From NCBI GenBank assembly GCA_963815115.1, contig CAWFFN010000005.1, forward strand, positions 864,001 through 928,000: a stretch of DNA of 64,000 nt. Reading direction: 5' to 3'. The stretch is from an uncultured delta proteobacterium (GTDB lineage Bacteria > Desulfobacterota > Binatia > DP-6). The position numbers and the translations under genes are program-made. Of this stretch, positions 23,208 through 34,259 are shown in pieces. The notes under the pieces are model-generated. The model did no database searches. It saw only the letters and a program-made list of their open reading frames with translations, and was not told the origin of the DNA. Within the stretch, counting starts at the first letter, position 1; each line of letters starts with the position of its first letter.

Positions 23208-24263
23208 TCAGCCCCGCGAGCGGGCGAGCGGTACCTGGACGTCGTAGCGGCGGCCGCCACGCCCCAGCGAGAGCACGATGCCGGGCGCCCCGCGCGCCGC
23301 CTCCAGCCGCTGGCCCAGCGCATCGAGCGAGTCGAGCCCCTCGCCGTCGAGGCCGAGGAGGCGGTCGCCCCGCTCGACGCCGATGCGCTCCGCCACGCTG
23401 CCCCCGCGGACGCGCGTCACGACGAGCCCGTCGTCGCCCTCGCGGGCCTGGAGTCCCAGGAGGTCCCAGGCGAGGGAGTTCCCGTCGGGCTCGGGCGGCC
23501 GGCGGCCCGACACCAGGGTGTCCACCACGCGCCGGGCGCGATCGACGGGGATGGCGAAGCCGATGCCCTGCGCGTTGCCGTAGATCGCGGTGTTGATGCC
23601 GACCAGCTCGCCGAGGATGTTGAGCAGCGGGCCGCCCGAGTTGCCCGGATTGATCGAGGCGTCGGTCTGGATGAAGTCGGTGAAGGTGCGGCCGCCGCTC
23701 TGCAGGCTGCGCTTGACGGCGCTGACCACCCCCGTCGTCACCGTGTGCGACAGGCCGAAGGGATTGCCGATCGCGATCACCGTCTCTCCGATCATCAGGT
23801 CGTCGGAGTGCCCGAGCGCGATGTGCGGCAGCGCGCCGGCGTTGATGCGCAGCACCGCCAGGTCCGAGTCGGCGTCGCGCCCGACGAGCTTGGCGTCGAA
23901 CTCGCGGCCGTCGGCGAGCGTCACGTGGATGCGTCCTCCGCGCAGGATGACGTGCTCGTTGGTGAGGATCGTGCCGTCGCCCTGTACGATGATGCCCGAG
24001 CCGAGGCTGGTGCGCGTGGAGCGTCGCGGCCGCGAGTCGAAGAAGTCGCGGAAGAACTGGTCGAAGAACGGATCGCCGCCGAACGGCGATTGGCGCTGCA
24101 CGACGACCTGCTCGGTGGAGATGTTGACGACCGCGGGCCCGGCCCGCTCCACCGCCTCCACGACACGGCTGCGACGCGCGGGATCGGTCTCCGGCGCGGC
24201 CGCGCGCGTGGTGCCGGCGAGCAGCACCAGGGTCAGGATCGTCGCCCACGTGGTCGTTGCCAT
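23208..24263 (-). CDS. HtrA/DegP-like trypsin serine protease with PDZ domain
   Basis: Signal peptide; LGSGIIV, TNEHV, DLAVL, IQTDASINPGNSGGPL. Confidence 0.93.
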   Translation of the reverse strand: MATTTWATILTLVLLAGTTRAAAPETDPARRSRVVEAVERAGPAVVNISTEQVVVQRQSPFGGDPFFDQFFRDFFDSRPRRSTRTSLGSGIIVQGDGTILTNEHVILRGGRIHVTLADGREFDAKLVGRDADSDLAVLRINAGALPHIALGHSDDLMIGETVIAIGNPFGLSHTVTTGVVSAVKRSLQSGGRTFTDFIQTDASINPGNSGGPLLNILGELVGINTAIYGNAQGIGFAIPVDRARRVVDTLVSGRRPPEPDGNSLAWDLLGLQAREGDDGLVVTRVRGGSVAERIGVERGDRLLGLDGEGLDSLDALGQRLEAARGAPGIVLSLGRGGRRYDVQVPLARSRG

Positions 24264-26383
24264 GGCACTCGATTCTCCCGGTCGGCGAGCACGAAGTCGA
24301 TCTGACGGCGATCCGGCGACGCCCCCGCGACCGCCACGCGCACCGGATCGCCGACCCGGAACGTGCGCCGGGTGTGCCGGCCGCGCAGCAGGTGCTGCCC
24401 TTCGCGCGGCTCGTAGAAGTCGTCCCCGAGGGTGCCGATGTGCACCAGCCCCTCGACGAAGACCTCGCGGAGCTCGACGAAGAACCCGAACCCGGTGACG
24501 CTGCTCACGACGCCGTCGTACTCCTGTCCGACCTTGTCCTGCATGAACTGGACCCTCTTCAGCTGCAGGATCTCGCGCTCGGCGTCCACCGCCACCCGCT
24601 CGCGCCGCGACGTCTCCTCGGCGATGGCGGGCAGATCGATCGGGATGCGTCCGCGTCCCGTCCGGGCGAAGCGCAGCACCCGGTGCGTGACGAGGTCGGG
24701 ATAGCGCCGGATGGGCGACGTGAAGTGCATGTAGGCGTCTATGGCGAGGCCGAAATGGCCGAGGGGCTCGGCCGCGTAGCGCGCCTGCTTGAGCGAGCGC
24801 AGGAGCACGGTGTTCACGAGCCGGGCCTCCGGGCGCCCCTCGACGGCGTCCAGCACGGCCTGGAACGCCGCCGGCGTCGCCCGCCCGCGATCCAGACGAA
24901 GCCGCAACCCGAAGCCCTCGAGAAGCTGCGCCAGCTCGCGGACGTGCATCGGGTCGGGCGGCTCGTGGACGCGATGCAGCCCGGGAAGGCGCCGCCGCAG
25001 GAGCTCGCGTGCGACGGCCTCGTTCGCGGCCAGCATGCACTCCTCGATCAGGCGGTGTGCGACGTTGCGCTCGGCGCGCACGATCTGCTCCGGCCGGCCG
25101 CGGAGGTCGATCAGGATCTCGGCCTCGGGGAGATCGAAGTCGATCGCGCCGCGGGCGCGGCGCCGGGCGAGGAGTCGCCCGGCGAGGCGCTCGGCGAGCT
25201 CGAGCGGCCCGACGAGAGGCCCCAGCGCGGAACGCACGGCGGGATCGCGATCGGCCAGCACGCGGCGCACCTCGGTGTAGGTGAGACGCGCGGCGCTACG
25301 CATCACGCCGTCGGCGAACTCCGCCGCGCGCGGCTGGCCCCGTGCGTCGAGGTCGAGCCGCACGACCTGCACCAGGCGATCCTCGCCTGCGCGCAGGCTG
25401 CAGAGGTCGTTCGACAGCTCCTCGGGCAGCATGGGTACCACGCGATCGGGAAAGTAGACGCTGGTGCCGCGCGCACGCGCTTCGCGGTCGATGGCGCCGT
25501 CCTCGGGGACGTAGTGGGCCACGTCGGCGACGGCCACCGTGAGCCGGAAGCCGGTGCCGAGCGCCTCGACCAGGACGGCGTCGTCGAAATCGCGGGCGTT
25601 CTCGCCGTCGATCGTGACCAGGGGCAGCGCGCGCAGGTCGAGCCGGTCGCGCAGGTCGGGGCCTGCGAGCTGCCGTGGCAGGCGGCGCGCCGCCGCGCGG
25701 ACGGGGGCCGGGAAGTCGAGTGGCAGGCCGTGAGAGCGGATGACCGCCTCGGTCTGGACGCGCGGGTCGTCGGCCGGTCCGAGGACCTGCTCGACGCGGG
25801 CGACGGCTTCCGGGCTCCGCTCCGGGTACGCCACCAGGCGGGCGACGACGAGATCGCCGTCGCGCGCGCCGCCGTCGGCGCCGCGGTCGACCAGCACGGG
25901 CACGGTCACACGCGGGTCGCGCGGCACCAGCAGCGCTCGGCCGCGTGCGGGGCGGTAGACGCCGAGCAAGGTCTCCACGCCGCGCGACAGGATGCGGACC
26001 ACGCGGCCGTCCGGCCGCCCGCCGCGTCCCAGCCGCCGGACGCGCACCAGCGCGCGATCGCCGTGCATCGCCGGGCTCAGGCTGCGGGCCGACAGGTAGA
26101 CGTCCTCGGCCGCGGGATCGTCCGGCACGAGGAATCCGAATCCGCCCGGGTTGGCGCTCACGCGGCCGGCCACCAGGCCGGACTCCCCGGGGAGCGCCCA
26201 GCGGCCGCCCGAGAGCGCGAGCACGCGGCCGTCGCGCTCCAGGGCCTCCAGCCGCGCGACGGCCGGAGCATGCTCGGCACGCCCGACCCGCGCAGCGCGC
26301 AGCAGGGCCGCCTGCGTCGCCGGCCGGCGGCGGCGCGCGAGCGCGGCGAGGAGGCGCGCGTCGAGGTCGGGATCGGGCGGCGT
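24233..26383 (-). CDS. rnr: Ribonuclease R (start uncertain)
   Basis: GFGF cold-shock domain, TIDGENARDFDDA, HFTSPIRRYPDL, S1 domain; frame stays open upstream of GTG 26224 through an HTH-like segment. Confidence 0.92.
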   Translation of the reverse strand, partial: TPPDPDLDARLLAALARRRRPATQAALLRAARVGRAEHAPAVARLEALERDGRVLALSGGRWALPGESGLVAGRVSANPGGFGFLVPDDPAAEDVYLSARSLSPAMHGDRALVRVRRLGRGGRPDGRVVRILSRGVETLLGVYRPARGRALLVPRDPRVTVPVLVDRGADGGARDGDLVVARLVAYPERSPEAVARVEQVLGPADDPRVQTEAVIRSHGLPLDFPAPVRAAARRLPRQLAGPDLRDRLDLRALPLVTIDGENARDFDDAVLVEALGTGFRLTVAVADVAHYVPEDGAIDREARARGTSVYFPDRVVPMLPEELSNDLCSLRAGEDRLVQVVRLDLDARGQPRAAEFADGVMRSAARLTYTEVRRVLADRDPAVRSALGPLVGPLELAERLAGRLLARRRARGAIDFDLPEAEILIDLRGRPEQIVRAERNVAHRLIEECMLAANEAVARELLRRRLPGLHRVHEPPDPMHVRELAQLLEGFGLRLRLDRGRATPAAFQAVLDAVEGRPEARLVNTVLLRSLKQARYAAEPLGHFGLAIDAYMHFTSPIRRYPDLVTHRVLRFARTGRGRIPIDLPAIAEETSRRERVAVDAEREILQLKRVQFMQDKVGQEYDGVVSSVTGFGFFVELREVFVEGLVHIGTLGDDFYEPREGQHLLRGRHTRRTFRVGDPVRVAVAGASPDRRQIDFVLADRENRVPWQRPRGRRS

Positions 26384-26393
26384 GGGCGCGGGG

Positions 26394-26951
26394 CTACTCG
26401 GCGAAGACGGCCGCGGCGACGACCGAGGTCCACAGGCCGTCGCGGTCGCCGATGGCCGACTGCGTGACGTTGCGGGTGATGACGATCTTGTCGCTCACGC
26501 GCCAGAGATCCTTGCGCTCATCGTAGCTCGTGTTGGGGTCGAAGTCGACGCCCAGCACCGTGGCCAGCATCGACGCCGCCAGGTCCTCGGCGTAGTCGCC
26601 GGCGTGCTTGTCGGTCTGCCCGAAGCTGTGGTGCTCCGAGAGGTAGCCGTACTGCGAGCGGTCCTTGGGGATCGCGACGCCGACCGAGGCGGCCACCAGG
26701 CGATGCGGCTCGTTGGTGGCGTTCTCGCTCATCACCACGTAGAGGATCTGTCCGGGCCTGAGCAGCTTCTGCCCTTCCGCCTTCGAGATCAGCTTGGCGT
26801 GCGGCGGGAAGATCGACGACACGCGCACGAGGTTGAACTGCGCGATGCCGGCAGCGCGCAGCGCCATCTCGAAGCTCGAGAGCTTCTCGCGGTGCTTGCC
26901 GACGCCGGCGGTGAGGAAGATCTTCTTGGTGACGAACGCTGGGCTGCTCAT
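26394..26951 (-). CDS. pdaD: Pyruvoyl-dependent arginine decarboxylase
   Basis: SFEMALRAAGIAQFNLVRVSSIFP (Ser-Ser self-cleavage site), YGYLSEHH. Confidence 0.9.
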   Translation of the reverse strand: MSSPAFVTKKIFLTAGVGKHREKLSSFEMALRAAGIAQFNLVRVSSIFPPHAKLISKAEGQKLLRPGQILYVVMSENATNEPHRLVAASVGVAIPKDRSQYGYLSEHHSFGQTDKHAGDYAEDLAASMLATVLGVDFDPNTSYDERKDLWRVSDKIVITRNVTQSAIGDRDGLWTSVVAAAVFAE

Positions 26952-27026
26952 CCTCGTGTAGTCCCCGGAGCGCCTAACATGATCGCCCTGGTCGCACAAC
27001 ATCGGCCCGGGGACACGGCGGGAATT

Positions 27027-27476
27027 TCACGGCGAGCCCGGCACCCCGCGGAGCTCGACCTGGTCGCCCGGACGCACGCCGTGGCGCGCCGCCCAGCCCC
27101 CGTTCACCTCGAGCACGTACGCTGACGGCGCACCCACCGAGATCGGCGCCAGGGAGAGCGGCACGGCGTCGGGATGGATGCCGACGATGCGGCCGTCGCG
27201 GGCGATGAACAGCATGTCGAGCGGGATGAGCGTGTTCTTCATCCAGAAGGACTGGTCGGTCTCCCCCGGAAAGATGAAGAGCATGCCGCCGTCCTCGGGC
27301 AGCGAACGGCGATACATGAGACCCCGCTCCCTGTCGGCAGGCGTGTTGGCGACCTCGAGCTGGACGCTGACCGGCGCGCTCTGCGTGCCGTGCACGACGG
27401 CCGTGGGGCCGTCCCGTCCGCCGCAAGCCAGCGCGAACGTCAGGACGATCGTCAGTACGGTCGCGCACGGTTGCAC
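27027..27476 (-). CDS. DUF192 family lipoprotein
   Basis: LALACG-type lipobox, RERGLMYR, GMLFIF, FWMKNTLIPLDMLF, YVLEVNGG. Confidence 0.88.
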   Translation of the reverse strand: MQPCATVLTIVLTFALACGGRDGPTAVVHGTQSAPVSVQLEVANTPADRERGLMYRRSLPEDGGMLFIFPGETDQSFWMKNTLIPLDMLFIARDGRIVGIHPDAVPLSLAPISVGAPSAYVLEVNGGWAARHGVRPGDQVELRGVPGSP

Positions 27477-27504
27477 GACGAACTTGCGTGGAATAAGCGA
27501 AAGG

Positions 27505-29580
27505 ATGCTCAACGCTGCCGCGTTCACGGTGGTCTTGGTCGCCGCCCTGGGCATTTTTCTCTACCAAGTCTGGGGACGCTTCAACCTGCTGCGCGCGGCG
27601 ACCGGCAGGTTCACCCTCGATCGCGTTCCGGAGCGCATCCGGGCGACCCTGGTGTACGCCTTCGGGCAGGAGAAGTTCATCCGGCCGGAGGTGGGCATCG
27701 TCCGCGAGCGCACGGCGGGCTGGGTCCACTTCTTCGTGTTCTGGGGATTCGTGATCCTGGGCCTCCAGATCACCACGATGTTCGGTCGCGCCTACTCGAG
27801 CAACTTCTATCCCTTCCCGTTCACGCCGGACCTGCTCGGCAGGCCCTACTGGCTGGTGCGCGACCTGTTCGAGGCGGCGGTCTTCGTCTGTATCCTCATC
27901 CTGCTCACCCGCTGGCTCGTCACCCAGCCGCGCCGGCTCTTCGGCTACGCGCCCGCGGAGGAGCGCCACCGCCACCACTCGCACTGGGAGGCGTACCTGA
28001 TCCTCGGCTGCATCGGGGCGATCGTGTTCTTCGGGCCGGTCTACGACGGCAGCCGCCTGCTCGCGGCAGGCGTCGACAGCTTCACCGGCGACGCCCGCTG
28101 GGAGCCGTTCTCCTATCTCATGAGCCGGGTGATGGACGCCATCGGCGGTCCCGGCATCGCCAAGCCGCTCGGTGACGCCGCCTGGTGGGTGCACAACCTG
28201 GCCGTCCTGGTGATGCTCAACTTCCTCCCGCTCGCCAAGCACTTCCACGTCATCACCTCGCTGCCGAACGCGTTCTTCAGCAAGCTCGAGCCGCTCGGGC
28301 AGCTGTCGAAGCCCGAGTACGACGAGAACACCGTCCGTTACGGCACCTCGCACATCGACCACTTCACCTGGAAGCAGGTGCTCGACATGTTCAGCTGCAC
28401 GGAGTGCGGGCGCTGCTCGTCGCAGTGCCCGGCCACCGCCACCGGGAAGCCGCTCGCCCCGCGCCAGCTCCTGCTCGACCTGCGCGACTACCTCTACAAG
28501 CACCAGGACGAGGTCATCGCCAAGCGCGTGGGCGTCACGACCGACGGCGCGGGAGGTGCCGAGCTGCCCGCGGTGGGCGAGAACATCGTCGGCCCCGTGA
28601 TCGAGGACGAGGTGCTGTGGTCGTGCAACATGTGCCGGGCGTGCGAGGAGTCGTGTCCGGTGATGATCGAGTACGTCGACAAGATCGTCGACATGCGGCG
28701 CCACCTGGTGCAGGAGGAAGCGCGCTTCCCGAGCGAGCTCAACCGGGTGTTCAAGGGCATGGAGACGCAGTCGAACCCGTGGGGTGTCGGCCCGGCGAAG
28801 CGCTTCGAGTGGGCGGACGGGCTCGACATCCCGACCGTCGCCGACAAGCCCGACGCCGAGTATCTCTACTACGTCGGCTGCGCCGGGGCGTTCGACGATC
28901 GCAACAAGAAGACGACGCAGGCGTTCGCGCGCCTGCTCAAGAAGGCCGGCATCGATTTCGCCTGCCTGGCTCAGGAGGAGCCTTGCAACGGCGACTCCGC
29001 CCGCCGTCTCGGCAACGAGTACCTCTACCAGAGCATGGCGCAGATGGCGGTCGAGACCTTCAACGGCTACAACGTGAAGAAGGTCATCGTGAACTGCCCG
29101 CACTGCTTCAACACCATCAAGAACGAGTTCGTGCAGTTCGGCGGCAACTACGAGGTGGTGCACGCCGCCGACCTGGTGAAGCAGCTGATCGAGTCGGGCA
29201 AGCTCCAGCTGAACGGCGGCTTCGACAAGCGCACCGTCTATCACGACTCGTGCTACTATGGCCGCTTCAACAACGTGTACGACGAGCCGCGCGACGTGCT
29301 GCGCTCGTCCGGTGCCAGGGTCGAAGAGGTGCCGCACCGCCACCACAACTTCGGGCGCTGCTGCGGCGCGGGCGGCGGGCGCATGTGGGTCGAGGAGCGC
29401 GCCGACCAGCGCGTCAACCTGCTGCGCACCGACGAGGCGCTGCAGGCCAACCCCGAGGTGATCGCCGTGTCGTGCCCCTTCTGCATGACGATGCTGTCGG
29501 ACGGCATCAAGGCCAAGGACCTCGAGGACCGCGTGCAGACGCTCGACGTGATGGAGATCGTCGACCGCGCGACGCGGTAG
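27505..29580 (+). CDS. Membrane-bound Fe-S oxidoreductase (FadF/ETF:menaquinone oxidoreductase-like)
   Basis: N-terminal TM region with His residues (WVHFF, WWVHN, KHFH); CTECGRC and CNMCRAC ferredoxin motifs; CCG domains (YHDSC, CCGAGGG, CPFC). Confidence 0.88.
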   Translation: MLNAAAFTVVLVAALGIFLYQVWGRFNLLRAATGRFTLDRVPERIRATLVYAFGQEKFIRPEVGIVRERTAGWVHFFVFWGFVILGLQITTMFGRAYSSNFYPFPFTPDLLGRPYWLVRDLFEAAVFVCILILLTRWLVTQPRRLFGYAPAEERHRHHSHWEAYLILGCIGAIVFFGPVYDGSRLLAAGVDSFTGDARWEPFSYLMSRVMDAIGGPGIAKPLGDAAWWVHNLAVLVMLNFLPLAKHFHVITSLPNAFFSKLEPLGQLSKPEYDENTVRYGTSHIDHFTWKQVLDMFSCTECGRCSSQCPATATGKPLAPRQLLLDLRDYLYKHQDEVIAKRVGVTTDGAGGAELPAVGENIVGPVIEDEVLWSCNMCRACEESCPVMIEYVDKIVDMRRHLVQEEARFPSELNRVFKGMETQSNPWGVGPAKRFEWADGLDIPTVADKPDAEYLYYVGCAGAFDDRNKKTTQAFARLLKKAGIDFACLAQEEPCNGDSARRLGNEYLYQSMAQMAVETFNGYNVKKVIVNCPHCFNTIKNEFVQFGGNYEVVHAADLVKQLIESGKLQLNGGFDKRTVYHDSCYYGRFNNVYDEPRDVLRSSGARVEEVPHRHHNFGRCCGAGGGRMWVEERADQRVNLLRTDEALQANPEVIAVSCPFCMTMLSDGIKAKDLEDRVQTLDVMEIVDRATR

Positions 29581-29585
29581 GAGAG

Positions 29586-29698
29586 CGACCCGAGACTCCG
29601 TCTCGGGTCGGGACGGAAAGCGAGAATGAGGCTCGATGAGCAGTGCGGACGTCGTGCCGCGGGCGGCACGGCCGCCGCGGCAGACGATTCCGGAGCGC
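29586..29698 (+). repeat. REP/REPIN-like element, copy A (single arm)
   Basis: CGACCCGAGAC-tcc-GTCTCGGGTCG hairpin plus GTGCCGCGGGCGGC-acg-GCCGCCGCGGCA; closely matches the reverse complement of 42700-42811. Confidence 0.88.
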
Positions 29699-29712
29699 GA
29701 GCTTCACACTAG

Positions 29713-32565
29713 CTAGCCGAGGCGCGCGAGATAGGCTTCGGTGTTGGCGCGGAGGCGCTGCTCCCGCTCCGTGGGGTCTTCCTCGACGAAGACCTCGTCC
29801 GGCTGGATGCGGAACAGTGGCTGGCCCTTGCGCACGACCGCCCCGCTCGTCGCCAGCACCTCGGTGACGGTGCCCGCGAAGCTCGCGTACACCTTGTTGA
29901 ACATCTTCATCACCTCGATGATGTAGAGGGCGTCGCCGCGCTCGAAGTGACCTCCCGCGGTGATGAAGGGTGGTAGGTCGGGCGCCTCCTGGGAGTAGAA
30001 CGTCCCGCCCATCGCGGCGACGATCTCGTCCGCCTTGGTCACCGGCGGCGGGACGAGGACCTTGCGCATCGCCTCCTGGTGCGACGGCTCGTGCAGCCGT
30101 TCCGGGATGCGGACGGTCAGGTCGTCCTCGAGCGCGAGGTCGTAGAAGCCGGTCTTGTCGGCGATGAGCGGCAGCAGCGCCAGGATGTCCAGCCCGAGCT
30201 GATGTCCGGCGTGCGCCGCGCGCACGCGGCCCCACGCCGGGTCGTCGAATCCGAACGCGGGCGCGTCGCCCCGGAGCGTCAGATCGAGCTCCGGCCACGT
30301 CGTGCCCGCCGGGACGTGCGTCCCGACCTTCTCGTAGAAGGCGAGCGCGGTGTCGAGGAGCTCCCGGTCGTGATCCCAGATGCGGTAGGCAGCCGCGGTG
30401 TGGACGGTGTCCATGTCGAGCAGGCGGTAGGTCTCGGCCAGCACCTCGACCGGGTTGCGCTGCCATTCGACCTCGCCGTCGCGGACGACGTAGTCGAGCC
30501 GGTGCTGGGAGAGCCACGCCGACAGGAAATGCGGCTCGTCGAACAGCAGGCGGATCGGCCGTTCGAGCAGGGTCTCCTTCAACTCGATCACCCGGCGCGT
30601 GGCCTCGAGCGCGTCGGAGCTGGCAGCCGCCGTCGCCCGGCGGGCGATCTGCTGGAAGGCGTAGTCGAGATCGATGCCGTGGGCCTCCTGCGCGAGCTCG
30701 CCGAGCAGCGTGAGGTACGGGACGACGAACCTGGTGGTCGGCTTGGCCCACGGATCGCGCGCCAGGAACCACATCAGGATGCCGTAGTGGAACTCCAGGT
30801 TGGTGGCGAGGTCCATGCCCCGGAGCGCCGTGCGGCGGAAGATCTCGACCAGGCGCTGCCAGCTCTCCGGACGATCCTTGCCGGTCGCGAGCAGCAGCGC
30901 GACGTTGGAGTCGTAGGCGCCCGCGAGCCGGTAGCGCATGAAGAGCCCCGTGTCGGGATTCTTGATGGAGATGCCCTGATCGTCCCGGATCTCGCCCGCG
31001 ATGGGGTCGGACCACGACATGATGACCCCGCCGGCGGCCGGGCTGAGCGCGCGGTCGGTCGCGTTGAGCCGCGCCTCGATGGTGGCGCCGTCGCGCCGGA
31101 AGCGCGCGGGTCTGGGAAGGCGCCGCTTGTGCCGGGCGATGAGCGCCATCGCCTCGACCAGCGAGTGCACCTCGAAGCCGTCGGTCTCGTCGTCGGGGTT
31201 GGTGAACCGGAGGCCGTAGCAGAGCTCCGAGACCCGGTGCTCCACCTGGATGCGGGTGTTCACCTCCATGAAGTAGTGCCGCTCGCCCTCGACGATGCAC
31301 TCGAAGGTCGATGCCGAGTCGAGCCCGACCGCCACGCCGAAGCGCTCGGCCTCGGCCTCCATGCGCTCGAGGACGCCGAGGTCGCCCTCGAGCGTCTTCG
31401 CCTTCGTCGGCTGGCTCGCGGCGCGCGCCTGCGCGATGGCGTCACGCAGTCCCTCCTGGGTGATGGAGACCTCGACGAGCTTCTGCTCGTGCATCTGGAG
31501 GGAGCAGTCGCGACCGCCGAGCGAGATGCACCATTCGCCGTTGCCGAGGATCTGGATCTCGTTGTGGCGGGTGTGCTCGACGTTCAGCTCGAGCAGCATG
31601 TTCTTGTTGTCGCCCACGCCTGTGGTCTTCACCTCGGCGAGGACCTCGCGCACGAGCCCGGCAACCCGCGCGGCGTCGCCGAAGATGCGCTGGCCCTTGC
31701 CGCCGCCGCCGCCGATGGCCTTCAGCCGGAAACGGCGTCCTGGCTGCTCGCGCAGCAGACGCTCTGCCTCGAGCCGGAGGGTCTCGCCGAGCTCGTCGAT
31801 CGTGAAGAGGTCGACGTGCCGCGAGTAGGAGGCTTCCAGGACCTGCGTCGCCAGATCCGCGAGAGGCTTCGCCGAATCGCGGAGCGCCGGTACCTCGAGC
31901 CCGTGCGTCTTCGCCAGGCGCGCGAGCGCGGCATGGTCGGGGCATTTGCGCAGCAGGGTGCGCACGGTCGCGTCGTTGATGCCGGGCGTGACCGACACGT
32001 CGTTCTCGATCGCCGTGCGCTTCGCCTGGTCCTTCGCGCCGGCCGCCATCTGCGTGTGCGAGCACGGGCCGATGAAGGTGAGCCCGGCGTCCTCGAGCGC
32101 GCGCACGAACGCGGCATCCTCGGCCATGAAGCCGTAGCCGGCGAACACGGCATCGTACGCGTGCTGGCGGCAGATCCGGATGATGTCGGCCACCCGCTGC
32201 TCGCGCTCCTCCTTGGTGGCGCCCGTGTAGTCGGGTACGGGATGCACGAAGCGCGGGTTCATGATGCGGAGCTCGGGCGACAGCGCGCGCGGGAAGACGA
32301 TGCTGTCCTTCTCGGACAGCAGCATGCCGACCTGGACCATGCCCATCTCGCGGAAGACGTCGATCGCCTCCTTGCGGATCGGCCCGCGGCAGACGATCAG
32401 CACCTTCATGTCGTCGCACGCGAAGGTGCGGGCCCACGCCGAGCGCGACTCGCCCAGGCGGCGGTCCCGGAACTGGTAGGGGTTGTCGCGGTAGGGCGCG
32501 CGCGACTCGGCGAGCCGGCGATCGCGATCCTTCGCCGGGTCGAGGGGACGGGCTGGAATGGCCAT
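29713..32565 (-). CDS. Fused biotin carboxylase-BCCP subunit of an acyl-CoA carboxylase (~950 aa)
   Basis: VLIVCRGPI, FAGYGFMAE, GGGGKG, RDCSLQ, FMEVNTRIQVEH, EVMKM biotinylation site. Confidence 0.9.
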   Translation of the reverse strand: MAIPARPLDPAKDRDRRLAESRAPYRDNPYQFRDRRLGESRSAWARTFACDDMKVLIVCRGPIRKEAIDVFREMGMVQVGMLLSEKDSIVFPRALSPELRIMNPRFVHPVPDYTGATKEEREQRVADIIRICRQHAYDAVFAGYGFMAEDAAFVRALEDAGLTFIGPCSHTQMAAGAKDQAKRTAIENDVSVTPGINDATVRTLLRKCPDHAALARLAKTHGLEVPALRDSAKPLADLATQVLEASYSRHVDLFTIDELGETLRLEAERLLREQPGRRFRLKAIGGGGGKGQRIFGDAARVAGLVREVLAEVKTTGVGDNKNMLLELNVEHTRHNEIQILGNGEWCISLGGRDCSLQMHEQKLVEVSITQEGLRDAIAQARAASQPTKAKTLEGDLGVLERMEAEAERFGVAVGLDSASTFECIVEGERHYFMEVNTRIQVEHRVSELCYGLRFTNPDDETDGFEVHSLVEAMALIARHKRRLPRPARFRRDGATIEARLNATDRALSPAAGGVIMSWSDPIAGEIRDDQGISIKNPDTGLFMRYRLAGAYDSNVALLLATGKDRPESWQRLVEIFRRTALRGMDLATNLEFHYGILMWFLARDPWAKPTTRFVVPYLTLLGELAQEAHGIDLDYAFQQIARRATAAASSDALEATRRVIELKETLLERPIRLLFDEPHFLSAWLSQHRLDYVVRDGEVEWQRNPVEVLAETYRLLDMDTVHTAAAYRIWDHDRELLDTALAFYEKVGTHVPAGTTWPELDLTLRGDAPAFGFDDPAWGRVRAAHAGHQLGLDILALLPLIADKTGFYDLALEDDLTVRIPERLHEPSHQEAMRKVLVPPPVTKADEIVAAMGGTFYSQEAPDLPPFITAGGHFERGDALYIIEVMKMFNKVYASFAGTVTEVLATSGAVVRKGQPLFRIQPDEVFVEEDPTEREQRLRANTEAYLARLG

Positions 32566-34259
32566 CAGTGGAACTCGCGCTGCGGTCCGACCATGGGCCC
32601 CGGGACGTAGTGATTCAGGAGGAAGCGCAGGTGATGGGTGAGGACGCGGCGCAGGTCGGTGGGCATCACGATCTCGGAGATCGAGCCCAGCGACAGCGCC
32701 TCGCGCGGGTTCATCAGCTCGCGCTCGTAGCGCTGGTTGAGCTCGGCCTCGCGCGCCTTCACCCACTCCGCCACCTCGGCCTCCGGGACGCCCGCTCGGC
32801 GCTTCTTGGCGGCCTCGTCGCGCATCTTGCGGATCTCGGTCTTGTAGACGAACTCCTTGCCGGCGGTGCCCATGACCGCGACCCGCGTGGTGGGAAGCGC
32901 GAGCACCACGTCGGCACCGGTGGCGTAGCTGTTGAACGCGGCGTACGCTCCGCCGAAGGCATTGCGCAGGATGAGCAGCACCCGCGGCGTGCGGATGTCG
33001 ATGATGGCGTCGAGCATGGCGCGCCCGGCCTGCACGATGCCGCGAGTCTCCTGGTCACGTCCGGGCAAGAAGCCGGTGGTGTCCTCGATGAAGATCACCG
33101 GGGTGTTGTAGATCGAGCAGAAGCGGACGAAGCGCGCGATCTTGTAGGCCGCGTCGACGTCGATCTGCCCGCTGGCGACGGCACTGTTGTTGGCGACGAA
33201 CCCGACGACATGACCGCCGAGCCGCCCGAAGGCCGTGATGGCGTTGCGCGCCCGGTCGGGCTGGACCTCGAAGTAGTCGCCGTGGTCGCAGATGCGCTCG
33301 ATCAGGATCGTGACGTCGAGCGGCGTGTTGAAGCCGGTGGGCGAGTTGAAGGCCTTGCGCAGGAGCGTGTCGATCTCGGTCGTCGGACGGTCCACCGAGT
33401 CGCTGGTGCGCTCGAAGGGCGGCGCCACGCGGCTCGAGTTGGGGAGGTAGCTCAGCAGGCGCTGCGCCGTGCGCAGGGCGGTCACCTCGTCGCTCACCGT
33501 CAGATCGGCGACGCCGCTCGCGCCGTGCACCTTCGGGCCGCCGAGGTCGTCCGGGGTGACGTCCTCGCCGAGGACGCTCTTGATGACGCCAGGACCGGTG
33601 AGGCCGAAGAAGGTGTTCGCCGCCTGGATGACGAAGCTGCCCTGGCGCGGCAGGTAGGAGCCGCCGCCCGCGTTGTACCCGAACATGCACATGATGCTGG
33701 GCGCGACGCCGCTGATCTTGCGCAGCGCCGTGAACGCCTCGGCGTAGCCGTCGAGGCCGCCGATCCCCGCCGGCACGAAGGCGCCGGCGCTGTCGTTCAT
33801 GCCGAGGCAGGGAATGCCGCGGTCGCCGGCCAGGTAGATGAGGTTGGCGAGCTTGCGGCCGTTGGTGGCATCCATCGAGCCCGCGCGGATGGTGAAGTCG
33901 TGGCCGTACAGTGCCACGTCGCGACCACCGATCTTGACCACCGCCGTGACGATGGATGCGCCGTCGAGATTCGGACCCCAGTTCTGGTACAGCACCGTCG
34001 GCTGCGTGTCGGGATCCTGCAGGACCTCGATCCGCTCCCACACCGTCATCCGATCCTTGGCGTGCTGGCGGATCGTCTGCATCGTGCCGGCGGCGACGTA
34101 TGGTTTGCGCCGCAGCTCCTCGCCGGCGGCGAGTGCCCGGTCGTAGGGACCCGGCGTCGCGGTGGTGGTGCCCGCGTCGGGACCGGCACCCGCGAGCGGA
34201 TCGTCGAGCGCGGGGACCGCGGGTGAGACCGTCGTCGTCTTCGGCTTCGGCTTCGCCAT
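32565..34259 (-). CDS. Acyl-CoA carboxylase carboxyltransferase subunit
   Basis: [42 protein letters not shown]; TGATG coupling to next gene. Confidence 0.9.
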   Translation of the reverse strand: MAKPKPKTTTVSPAVPALDDPLAGAGPDAGTTTATPGPYDRALAAGEELRRKPYVAAGTMQTIRQHAKDRMTVWERIEVLQDPDTQPTVLYQNWGPNLDGASIVTAVVKIGGRDVALYGHDFTIRAGSMDATNGRKLANLIYLAGDRGIPCLGMNDSAGAFVPAGIGGLDGYAEAFTALRKISGVAPSIMCMFGYNAGGGSYLPRQGSFVIQAANTFFGLTGPGVIKSVLGEDVTPDDLGGPKVHGASGVADLTVSDEVTALRTAQRLLSYLPNSSRVAPPFERTSDSVDRPTTEIDTLLRKAFNSPTGFNTPLDVTILIERICDHGDYFEVQPDRARNAITAFGRLGGHVVGFVANNSAVASGQIDVDAAYKIARFVRFCSIYNTPVIFIEDTTGFLPGRDQETRGIVQAGRAMLDAIIDIRTPRVLLILRNAFGGAYAAFNSYATGADVVLALPTTRVAVMGTAGKEFVYKTEIRKMRDEAAKKRRAGVPEAEVAEWVKAREAELNQRYERELMNPREALSLGSISEIVMPTDLRRVLTHHLRFLLNHYVPGPMVGPQREFH

